Below are positions 1 to 7,324 of a stretch of DNA of 10,807 nt, in pieces; position 1 is the stretch's first letter, and each line of letters opens with the position of its first letter. The translations under genes and the position numbers were made by a program. The DNA comes from a candidate division WOR-3 bacterium (GTDB taxonomy: Bacteria > Hydrothermota > Hydrothermia > LBFQ01 > DSFT01). Below the pieces are notes generated by a model, which saw nothing but the letters and a program-made list of their open reading frames with translations, was not told where the DNA came from and searched no databases. Location: the NCBI GenBank assembly GCA_965649115.1, contig CBFGJN010000061.1:1-10807 (forward strand). Reading direction: 5' to 3'.

Positions 1-146
1 ATAAAAGCCTTCGGCTTTAAAATACCCATTTTTTGCTTTGGGGGGCAGAGCCCCCCTAATAATCCCCCCAATAAATCAACAATTTCCTTAAAAATTTTAT
101 AAATTATTGATTATCAATCGCTTAACATCATTTATTGGACAAAGCA
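1..146 (+). mobile_element. MITE copy 1 (5' part beyond window edge)
   Basis: Hairpins at 4-18 and 40-56, palindrome at 100-124, right TIR ttattggacaaagca ending at 146. Confidence 0.85.
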
Positions 147-155
147 TCTTAATGG

Positions 156-331
156 TGCTTTGTCTAGTAATTCTGAAAATATAGATTATTTCTTATTTTG
201 CCCGCCCACCCTGTAATTAAGCCTTCGGCTTACAAATTCCCATATTTAGGCTATGGGGGGCTTCGCCCCCCTATAATCCCCCCATAAAATCTATAATTTC
301 TTCAAAGCTTTTATAAGTTTTGGACGAAGCA
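156..331 (+). mobile_element. MITE copy 2 (176 bp, palindrome deleted), flanked by tcttaatgg direct repeats
   Basis: Left TIR tgctttgtctagtaa, right end tggacgaagca. Identical 9-mers at 147-155 and 332-340. Confidence 0.88.
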
Positions 332-340
332 TCTTAATGG

Positions 341-568
341 TGCTTTGTCTAGTAATTCTAAAAATATGATTATTTCTTATTTTCCCCACCCACCCTGAAA
401 ATAAGGCTTCGCCTTAAAAGCTCTGCCCTCCATAAGTTTCCCCGATAAATTCAATAATTTCTTTGAGTTTTTAATAAGCTATTGATTATCAAGGACTTAA
501 CAAAAGGGCTTTAAAAATAAAGCTTCGCTTTATAAATGTCCAATTTTCGGTAAGGGGGCAAAGCCCTC
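341..568 (+). mobile_element. MITE copy 3 (341-~502, no right TIR) plus internal fragment (~513-568)
   Basis: Left TIR at 341, hairpin 402-416, palindrome 475-499. A second set of hairpin 1 (517-533) and hairpin 2 remnant follows. Confidence 0.78.
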
Positions 569-592
569 GAGCAAAATAATCATATTTAGAAA

Positions 593-1768
593 TTATTTAT
601 CTCTTATCATTTCTGAATAAACTGAGTTTGGATAATTTTCAATTAGTTTATCTTTATATGAGCTTATTTTTGTTATCTCGTAAAGTTTATATAATGCGAA
701 AGGTTTAATCCAACTACTATCTGAGATTTTTTCATAATAATTTTTAGCTTCAAATAAAAAATTTTTTCTTTCAAAGTAAATAGCATAAGCAAGATTTTCA
801 AGATTTTTATCTTGAATTTCTTTTTTTTCACCTTTCAATATATAAAAAAAACTTAAAGCATTTTCTAAATCATATGTGTTCAAAATTTCCACATAAAGTG
901 CTATATCATTGTCTATATTTCTTGCTCTTGGAAATGTTCTCTTGAAATAATTTATAACACTTTCAGGACTTTGTGTGTATAAGTAAGATAAAAAGCATTC
1001 CTTATAAAAGTCATTAGAACAAAATTTTATAACATCTTTGTACTTTTTCATTTCAAATAAAGAAATTATAATTTTTGATGTATCTTTTGTTAATTTAATT
1101 GCTTTTTGATAGTTTCCAATTTTCATATAACTTATAGCAGATGTTTCTGGTTCTAATTCTTCAAGAATTTTTGATGCTTCTTCATAATTGCCAGTTTTAT
1201 AGAGCGAAAGTCCATATAATCTCCTTGAAAATTCATCATTTTTATTTTTTAGAATTTCTATAACTTTGTTATAATTTCCGTTCTCATAATAACTATTTGC
1301 AATAGTTAGACTATCCGAAATATCATTAGCCCACTTCAAAGCCATTTCAAGCTTATTATCAGTAATTAAAAATCTAAAAATTGATTTTCTAAAAACATAA
1401 TTTCCTTTATATTTTTCAATATATCTGTAAATTTTACTGCCATAACTACTATATAGTCTTAGTATTTGATAAAAAATATAGTTTTCATCTTTTGATTTTG
1501 AAAGCTCAAATAATGAATTTTCAATATCATCCTTTTTATAATAGTACTCAAATGCCTCATTTATCATAATATTTTCACTTTTTAAAACTTCCCTTGCTGT
1601 TTTAATAACGATCATTTCATCTAAATTGTATCTTAAAAATAAATAATATGCTTTTGTAAATTCTTGTTCAGTTTTTAAGTTTTTAAGTTCAGAAATTGCT
1701 AATTCAATTTGATGATTTTTTAAGTAATTTTCTAAGTTTTTTAGTTCAACTATTATTGCTATTAACAT
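593..1768 (-). CDS. Tetratricopeptide-repeat (TPR)-like helical protein
   Basis: 391-aa ORF with repeated TPR-like helices (IANSYYENGNYNKVIEIL, YGLSLYKTGNYEEASKIL, YMKIGNYQKAIKL) and a C-terminal LIENYPNSVYSE typical of TPR envelope proteins. Its start overlaps the hflX stop region. Confidence 0.7.
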   Translation of the reverse strand: MLIAIIVELKNLENYLKNHQIELAISELKNLKTEQEFTKAYYLFLRYNLDEMIVIKTAREVLKSENIMINEAFEYYYKKDDIENSLFELSKSKDENYIFYQILRLYSSYGSKIYRYIEKYKGNYVFRKSIFRFLITDNKLEMALKWANDISDSLTIANSYYENGNYNKVIEILKNKNDEFSRRLYGLSLYKTGNYEEASKILEELEPETSAISYMKIGNYQKAIKLTKDTSKIIISLFEMKKYKDVIKFCSNDFYKECFLSYLYTQSPESVINYFKRTFPRARNIDNDIALYVEILNTYDLENALSFFYILKGEKKEIQDKNLENLAYAIYFERKNFLFEAKNYYEKISDSSWIKPFALYKLYEITKISSYKDKLIENYPNSVYSEMIRDK

Positions 1769-2981
1769 AACTATAAAACCTCTTATGAATTATTCCTTTT
1801 ATTCTTATTTTCCCATCTAAAATTTCTTCCTCTTCAATTAAAGCAAATCTCCTAATTTTTGAATATAAGTTGTAGTTTTCTGTTATAATTTCAAACTCCA
1901 AAAATTGTCTTAATATCAATTCTTTAATTTTTTCTAATAAATTTTCTATTCCTATTTTGAGTTTTGCAGAAATAAAAACACTATCTGAAAATTTTTCTCT
2001 AAATCTATATATTTGGTTTTTGTCAATAATTAAGTCTATTTTGTTAAATACCATTATTTTTGGCTTTTCTTCAAGACCCATTTCTGATAAAATTTTTTCA
2101 ACAGTTTCAATATGCTCATTTACATTAGGATGAGAAATATCAACGACATGTAAAATTAAATCTGCATCTTCAATAACTGATAATGTTGCTTTAAATGATG
2201 CAATTAAGTTTGGTGGTAAGTCTCTTATAAATCCGACTGTATCTGAAAGAACAACTTTATATGGAATTCCATCAATTTTTAAACTTCTAGTAGTAGCATC
2301 TAAGGTCGCAAATAGTTTATCATCTACATAAACATTTGATTTTGTTAATAAGTTCATAATCGTTGATTTTCCAACATTTGTATAACCAACAAGTGATATT
2401 TTTATGAATTCTCTCCTGCTTTCTTTTTGAATTTCTTTGGTTCTTTCTATATCTTTTAATTTATTCTGTAAATGTCTTATTCTTTCTTTAATTCTTCTTC
2501 TTTCATTTTCAAGTAATTGCTCACCAGGTCCTCTTGTTCCTGGAACACCTGCTAACCTTGAAAGCGAAATTTCTTTACTTAAACCTACAAGATGAGTTAA
2601 TTGATATTGCCAATATGCGATTTCAACTTGAATTTTTGCTTCTGATGTTCTTGCTCTTCTTCTAAATATCTCAATTATTAGTTCAGTTCTATCTATTATT
2701 TTTTTATTTGTTGCTTTTTCTATATTCCTCTTTTGAATTGGTGTCAAATCATTATCAAAAATAATAACAGGAATTTTATAGTCATCACATATTTTCTTTA
2801 ATTCAAGAACTTTTCCTTTACCTATTAAATATGCAGGGTCAGGTTTTTCTCTTATTTGAATGAATTTTTCAAAGACTTCAAATTCAGCAGATTTTGCAAG
2901 TTCTTCAAGTTCTTCAAGTCTATCTAATCCTTTCCATCTATCTTTACTATTTCTTATTAGAGATATTAAAATTGCTTTCAA
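1746..2981 (-). CDS. hflX: GTPase HflX (ribosome-splitting factor)
   Basis: IGKGK, IDRTELIIEIF..RART.EAK.QVE, RGPGE, G1 GYTNVGKST, LFATLD, G3 DTVGFI and G4 NKID motifs. TTG start overlaps the clpX TGA stop. Confidence 0.97.
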   Translation of the reverse strand: MKAILISLIRNSKDRWKGLDRLEELEELAKSAEFEVFEKFIQIREKPDPAYLIGKGKVLELKKICDDYKIPVIIFDNDLTPIQKRNIEKATNKKIIDRTELIIEIFRRRARTSEAKIQVEIAYWQYQLTHLVGLSKEISLSRLAGVPGTRGPGEQLLENERRRIKERIRHLQNKLKDIERTKEIQKESRREFIKISLVGYTNVGKSTIMNLLTKSNVYVDDKLFATLDATTRSLKIDGIPYKVVLSDTVGFIRDLPPNLIASFKATLSVIEDADLILHVVDISHPNVNEHIETVEKILSEMGLEEKPKIMVFNKIDLIIDKNQIYRFREKFSDSVFISAKLKIGIENLLEKIKELILRQFLEFEIITENYNLYSKIRRFALIEEEEILDGKIRIKGIIHKRFYSYVNSNNS

Positions 2982-4189
2982 GCTGCTTCTATAATTGGTT
3001 CCTTATCTTTATCAACAACTTCTCTTGTTATTATAATTCTTCTTACACCCTTCATACTTGGAATTTTGTACATCCATTCCATAAGGATATCTTCAACAAT
3101 TGCTCTAAGTCCTCTTGCTCCAACTTTCTTACTATAAGAAATTTCCGCTATTCTTCTTATAGCATCATCAGTAAAAACAAGCTCTATGCCTTCCATTTCA
3201 AAAAGTTTTTGGTATTGCTTAATTAAAGCATTTTTTGGCTCTTTTAAAATTCTTTCAAGTGTTCCTATGTCAAGTGGGTCAAAGACAGCAATTACTGGTA
3301 ATCTTCCAACCATTTCTGGAATAATACCATATTTTATTAAGTCTTCTGGCTCAACATAATGTAATATCTGACTATCTGTAATTTTATTTAAATTTGCCAT
3401 AAATCCAATTTGTTTTTTCCCAAGTCTTGACTTTATAATTTCAGCAAGTCCTTCAAATGAACCTCCCATCATAAATAAAATGTTAGTTGTATCAAGTTGA
3501 ATGTAGCTTTGTTCAGGATGTTTCCTTCCTCCTTGTGGAGGGATATTTGCAATTGTCCCTTCAACAATTTTTAGTAATGCTTGTTGAACACCTTCACCAC
3601 CAACATCTCTTGTAATTGATGGATTATCACTTTTTCTTGAAAGTTTATCAAATTCATCAAGATAAACAATTCCTATTTCTGCCATTTTTAGATTATAATT
3701 AGCATTTTGAACAAGCCTTAAAAGAACATTTTCTACATCTTCTCCAACATAACCTGCTTCTGTTAATGGTGTTGCATCATAGATAGCAAATGGAACTTTT
3801 AATAGTTTTGAAAGTGTTTTTGCCATAAGTGTTTTCCCAACACCTGTAGGACCAATCATAAGGATATTTGACTTTTCAATTTCAACATCTTTAAATTTGT
3901 TTTTAAATTTAATTCGTTTATAATGATTATAAACAGCTACTGAAATAATTTTTTTTGCCTTTTCTTGGCCAATTATATACTCGTCTAAGAATGCTTTTAT
4001 TTCAGATGGTTTAGGCAGATTATAATTCATTTCTTCAAATTCAAGTTCCTCATCATTAATAATTTCATAAGCAAGTTCTATACAATCTCTACAAATATAA
4101 GCAAAATTTCCACCTACTAATTTTCCAACTTCTTTTTCACTCCTACCACAAAAGGAGCATTTCAAATCAGAAAATTTTCTTTTATTCAT
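2978..4189 (-). CDS. clpX: ATP-dependent Clp protease ATP-binding subunit ClpX
   Basis: C4 zinc-binding domain (CSFCG...CRDC), Walker A GPTGVGKT, GYVGEDVE pore loop, Walker B VYLDE, RDVGGEGVQQALLK, RKH and IGF loops. The ATG at 4189 is preferred over the TTG at 4195. Confidence 0.98.
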   Translation of the reverse strand: MNKRKFSDLKCSFCGRSEKEVGKLVGGNFAYICRDCIELAYEIINDEELEFEEMNYNLPKPSEIKAFLDEYIIGQEKAKKIISVAVYNHYKRIKFKNKFKDVEIEKSNILMIGPTGVGKTLMAKTLSKLLKVPFAIYDATPLTEAGYVGEDVENVLLRLVQNANYNLKMAEIGIVYLDEFDKLSRKSDNPSITRDVGGEGVQQALLKIVEGTIANIPPQGGRKHPEQSYIQLDTTNILFMMGGSFEGLAEIIKSRLGKKQIGFMANLNKITDSQILHYVEPEDLIKYGIIPEMVGRLPVIAVFDPLDIGTLERILKEPKNALIKQYQKLFEMEGIELVFTDDAIRRIAEISYSKKVGARGLRAIVEDILMEWMYKIPSMKGVRRIIITREVVDKDKEPIIEAA

Positions 4190-4196
4190 CTTCAAA

Positions 4197-4202
4197 ATTT
4201 TA
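4197..4202 (-). promoter_or_regulatory. Putative -10 box (TAAAAT) 7 nt upstream of the clpX ATG
   Basis: Minus strand reads gcttTAAAATtttgaagATG. The same motif precedes three other operon-first genes. Confidence 0.55.
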
Positions 4203-4216
4203 AAGCATAAATTTAT

Positions 4217-4397
4217 TGCTATGTCTAGTAATTCTGAAATTATTTATTTTTCTTATTTTTCCCTTCCACGCTGAAATTAAGCCTTCGGCTTATAAATCTT
4301 CGCCCCCCATTAAAACCTCCCTTAAATAAATAATTATAATAAAATTTTTATAAGTCCTTGATAATCAATTGCTTAACACTATTTACTGGACAAAGCA
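4217..4397 (+). mobile_element. MITE copy 4 (181 bp), flanked by taaatttat direct repeats
   Basis: TIRs tgctatgtctagtaa / ttactggacaaagca. 9-mers at 4208-4216 and 4398-4406. A TIR-end remnant aaagca lies at 4202-4207. Confidence 0.88.
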
Positions 4398-4406
4398 TAA
4401 ATTTAT

Positions 4407-4574
4407 TGCTTTGTCTGGCAATTCTGAAAGTATTTATTTTTCCCACCCGCCCTAAGATTAAGGCTTCGCCTTAAAGCTATGCCCCCCATCAACCCCCCTA
4501 AAATCAATAATTTTCTTAAAAGTTTTATAAGTCATTGATAATCAATAACTTAACGCTATCTACTAGACAAAGCA
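4407..4574 (+). mobile_element. MITE copy 5 (168 bp, internal deletions)
   Basis: TIRs tgctttgtctggcaa / ctactagacaaagca, hairpin 4458-4474, palindrome 4528-4552. Confidence 0.87.
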
Positions 4575-4583
4575 TTATAGATT

Positions 4584-4789
4584 TGGTGTCTCCAATAATT
4601 CTAGAAACATATATTTTTCTATATTTTGCCCACCCACTCTGTATTCAAGCGGACGGCTTTAAAAGAACCCCATCTTATGCCTTGGGGGGCTTTGTCCCCC
4701 AATAATTCTCCCGTTAAATCAACAATTTTCTTAAAACTTCTATAAGTTATTGATAATCAAGGACTTATCATCATTTATTGGACAAAGCA
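4584..4789 (+). mobile_element. MITE copy 6 (206 bp), flanked by ttatagatt direct repeats
   Basis: Variant left end tggtgtctccaataa, right TIR ttattggacaaagca. 9-mers at 4575-4583 and 4790-4798. Confidence 0.88.
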
Positions 4790-4798
4790 TTATAGATT

Positions 4799-4968
4799 TG
4801 GTGTGTCCAGTAATTCTAAAATCATTTATTTTTCTTTATTTTTCCACCCACCCTATATTCAAGACTTAGCCTTTAAAATTCCCATTTTTCGGCATTGTGG
4901 AGCTATGCCCCCATAATTCCCCCCATTAAGTCAATAATTTCATTTAACATTAATTACTGGACAAAGCA
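4799..4968 (+). mobile_element. MITE copy 7 (170 bp, palindrome deleted)
   Basis: Ends tggtgtgtccagtaa / ttactggacaaagca, with degenerate hairpins. Confidence 0.85.
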
Positions 4969-5017
4969 TTTTTTATACCTCGGGGGCGATACTCCTATAA
5001 ATTCAGTAGTTTTAAGT

Positions 5018-5221
5018 TGCTTTGTCTAGTAATTCTAAAAACATATATTTTTCTTATTTTTCCCACCCACCCTATGAATAAGCCTTCGGCTTATAAATAC
5101 CCCATCTTTTGCTGTGGGGGACTTCGCCCCCCTACAATTCCCCCGAAAAATAAATAATTTCCTTGAAAATTTTATAAGTTATTGAAAATCAAGAACTTAA
5201 CACCATTTATTGGACAAAGCA
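5018..5221 (+). mobile_element. MITE copy 8 (204 bp, full length) with 9-bp TSD gttttaagt
   Basis: TIRs tgctttgtctagtaa / ttattggacaaagca. gttttaagt at 5009-5017 and 5222-5230. Confidence 0.92.
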
Positions 5222-5240
5222 GTTTTAAGTAGATTTTTAT

Positions 5241-5300
5241 CAGAAAACATTTATTTTTCCTATTTTTTCCACTCGCCCTGAATTCAAGCCTTTGGGTTAT
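5241..5300 (+). repeat. Degenerate MITE left-arm fragment
   Basis: gaaaacatttatttttcctattttttccactcgccctgaattcaagcctttgggtt aligns with the element's left arm and hairpin 1. No TIR. Confidence 0.7.
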
Positions 5301-5312
5301 ATTGGTAGTCAA

Positions 5313-5756
5313 TCACTTAATATAACTTTCAACAATTTTAATGATTTTTTCAACTTTTTCAAAACCATCATCTATTGCTTTTTTACTTTGTAATTCTCTA
5401 TAATAACCACCAAGATGAAGAATGTCATAAACATGATTAAAAAGTTTTCTTATAATATCTTTATCTTTACCAAGTCTTGAAAGCTCATTTATGAATTTAT
5501 CATACATATCAACTTTTTTTAGTTTCTGTTTTATTTCTTTTTCGTCTAATAATTCTTCACTTATAAATAGCGCTTTTAATGCTTCAAGTGCTGATAAGTA
5601 TGCCTTACCACAAGCTGATGATACATATTTAACATCTACATACTCTCCAACTTTCTTATCAACTTTTGCTTTCTTTAAATCCTCCTTAGCATTTTCTAAA
5701 TAACGCTTTGCCAACTCTAACCTCTTTAATGCTAATCCATTTTTCCTATCTTTCAT
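5313..5756 (-). CDS. DUF5618/PaREP1-like HEPN-superfamily helical protein
   Basis: AKRYLENAKEDL...Y.D.KYVSSACGKAYLSALEALKAL...YDILHLGGYY...IDDGF resembles the DUF5618/PaREP1 pattern, recognised by eye. The ATG at 5756 (147 aa) is preferred because it follows the same TAAAAT-N7 motif as other operon starts. Confidence 0.65.
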   Translation of the reverse strand: MKDRKNGLALKRLELAKRYLENAKEDLKKAKVDKKVGEYVDVKYVSSACGKAYLSALEALKALFISEELLDEKEIKQKLKKVDMYDKFINELSRLGKDKDIIRKLFNHVYDILHLGGYYRELQSKKAIDDGFEKVEKIIKIVESYIK

Positions 5757-5763
5757 AAATAAA

Positions 5764-5769
5764 ATTTTA
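5764..5769 (-). promoter_or_regulatory. Putative -10 box (TAAAAT) 7 nt upstream of the HEPN-like gene ATG
   Basis: Minus strand reads ccttTAAAATtttatttATG. Confidence 0.55.
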
Positions 5770-5791
5770 AAGGATGATAAATTCAATTAAT

Positions 5792-5995
5792 TGGTGTGTC
5801 CAAAAATTCTGAAAATATATATTTTTCTATATTTTGCCCACCCACCCTAAAATTAAGGCTTCGCCTTTAAAATTCCCATTTTTCGGCTTTGGGGGGCTTC
5901 GCCCCCCATCAACCCCCCATAAAAACTATAATTTTCTTAAAATTTTTATAAATCCTTGATAATCAATAACTTAACATTATTTACTAGACACAGCA
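5792..5995 (+). mobile_element. MITE copy 9 (204 bp, full length, no evident TSD)
   Basis: Ends tggtgtgtccaaaaa / ttactagacacagca, with both hairpins and the palindrome (5949-5973) intact. Flanks tcaattaat and aaatataat differ. Confidence 0.88.
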
Positions 5996-6012
5996 AAATA
6001 TAATTACTTTTT

Positions 6013-6885
6013 TTAAAACTTTGCAATTGAAAATGAAAATAAACTAATTAAACTTGCTTCAATTGAAGCATATCTTTTTATTAAATCTTCAATTTCAAGA
6101 GAATGTTTAAGAATTTTATAGTGAATTTCATTTGAGCTTTCAATATATTTCTTCTTATAATAAAATCTAAAAACTCTTAAAAAATTCATAAAATCCCTTG
6201 AATCTTGAATAGTTTTTGAAATTTCTAAAACCTCTTTAACACTTCTTATTTCATTTAATATATTTAGCCAATCATTTATTGGATAATTATTTAATTGCTT
6301 TGCTATGCCAATTGAACCTTCTGAAATTTCATAAATCAATTTTATATTGTAATTCCAATTGTATTCATAACTTGAAAATTCTTCAAAACTTAAACATTTA
6401 AAAGAAATTTTTAAAGTTCTTGAAAGAATTGTAGGAAGAATTTTTAAATAGTTTGAAGTTATTAAAATGAATGTTGTTCTCTTTTGGTATTCTTCAAGAA
6501 TTTTTAAAAGTGAATTTTGGGCTTCAATTGTAAGCATATCCGCATCCATTATTATTACAATTCTTTTTTTTGCATAAATTGGTGGTTTTTGTAATTCAAT
6601 TTTTAAATTTCTAATTTGTTCTATGGAGATATTTTTTAGATTATCAAAATTTTCTGGTCTTGGGCCATAAGGCTTTAATTCACCAACACTAATAAAAATA
6701 ATGTCAGGATGATTCAATTTATAAATTTTTTCTTCTTGTTTTGGATTACATAAAGAACAAAAATATAGGGCAGTTGTCGATTTACCAATACCAAATTGAC
6801 CATAAAATAATAAGGGAGGAACATTTTCAAATTTTGAAATGGAAATTAAATGTTTTAAAATATCTTTATGGCCGATGATGTTCAT
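6013..6885 (-). CDS. holB: DNA polymerase III subunit delta' (clamp loader)
   Basis: NIIGH start, LLFYGQFGIGKST, HPD, ISIEQIR.L, IIMDADMLTIEAQNSLLKILEE and ILPTILSR motifs. The 290-aa length fits HolB rather than DnaX. Confidence 0.88.
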   Translation of the reverse strand: MNIIGHKDILKHLISISKFENVPPLLFYGQFGIGKSTTALYFCSLCNPKQEEKIYKLNHPDIIFISVGELKPYGPRPENFDNLKNISIEQIRNLKIELQKPPIYAKKRIVIIMDADMLTIEAQNSLLKILEEYQKRTTFILITSNYLKILPTILSRTLKISFKCLSFEEFSSYEYNWNYNIKLIYEISEGSIGIAKQLNNYPINDWLNILNEIRSVKEVLEISKTIQDSRDFMNFLRVFRFYYKKKYIESSNEIHYKILKHSLEIEDLIKRYASIEASLISLFSFSIAKF

Positions 6886-6903
6886 AAAGTTTGATAATTA
6901 TAA

Positions 6904-7280
6904 TGCTTTGTCTAGCAATTCTAATGCTGTGTCTAGTAATTCTGAAAATATAATCATTTGTATATTTTTCCCACCCACCCTATATTCAAGGCTTCGCCTT
7001 TAAAATACCCTATCTTATGCTTTGGGGGGCTTCGCCCCCCTTAAATTCCCCCATTATTTCAAGCATTTTAATGAATTTTTAATAAGTTATTGACTATCAA
7101 ACACTTAACATTATTTACTAGACAAAGCACAATTCTAAAAATATATATTTTTCTTATTTTGCCCACCCACCCTAAATATAAGCCTTCGGCTTTAAAAACC
7201 CCAACTTTTGCCATCAGGGGGCTCTGCCCCCCTTAAATACCCCATTAAGTCAGTAGTTTCATCATTTATTGGACAAAGCA
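6904..7280 (+). mobile_element. MITE copy 10 (6904-6924 + 7139-7280), interrupted by copy 11
   Basis: The left TIR starts at 6904, the body resumes after the duplicated caattctaa, and the right TIR ends at 7280. Confidence 0.87.
6925..7129 (+). mobile_element. MITE copy 11 (205 bp, full length), nested in copy 10 with TSD caattctaa
   Basis: TIRs tgctgtgtctagtaa / ttactagacaaagca (14/15 complementary). caattctaa at 6916-6924 and 7130-7138. Confidence 0.92.
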
Positions 7281-7312
7281 AGACAAAAATAAGAGTATAA
7301 TTTTTAGTCCTT

Positions 7313-7318
7313 TAAAAT
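7313..7318 (+). promoter_or_regulatory. Putative -10 box (TAAAAT) 6 nt upstream of the efp ATG
   Basis: Plus strand reads ccttTAAAATtttcatATG. A TATAAT at 7296-7301 is an alternative. Confidence 0.5.
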
Positions 7319-7324
7319 TTTCAT

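Noticed and set aside
107..117. FNR/CRP-type operator (TTGAT...ATCAA)
   Set aside because: FNR needs a 4-bp spacer and this has 1 bp. The distal TAA/TTA conservation fits IHF better.
255..271. Rho-independent terminator call for hairpin 2
   Set aside because: No consistent adjacent U-tract, and its position tracks the element rather than gene ends. Incidental termination cannot be excluded.
2894..3226. 110-aa plus-strand ORF
   Set aside because: Antisense to the well-supported clpX and hflX genes, with no recognisable motifs.
4208..4968. CRISPR array interpretation of the TIR-N9-TIR junctions
   Set aside because: The intervening segments are long and homologous to each other rather than unique spacers, and there are no cas genes.
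4217..5221. Integron attC array
   Set aside because: No RYYYAAC/GTTRRRY core pairs bound the units, and there are no cassette ORFs or integrase. TIR plus TSD explains the structure better.
5491..5703. 70-aa plus-strand ORF
   Set aside because: Antisense shadow of the HEPN-like gene with S/F-rich composition.
5757..5786. Extended N-terminus (TTG start) of the 157-aa ORF
   Set aside because: It would run through the putative -10 motif. The ATG at 5756 fits the pattern shared with other genes.
5018..5995. Composite transposon carrying the HEPN-like gene
   Set aside because: The outer flanks (gttttaagt vs aaatataat) do not match and copy 8 has its own TSD, so it is not called as a feature.
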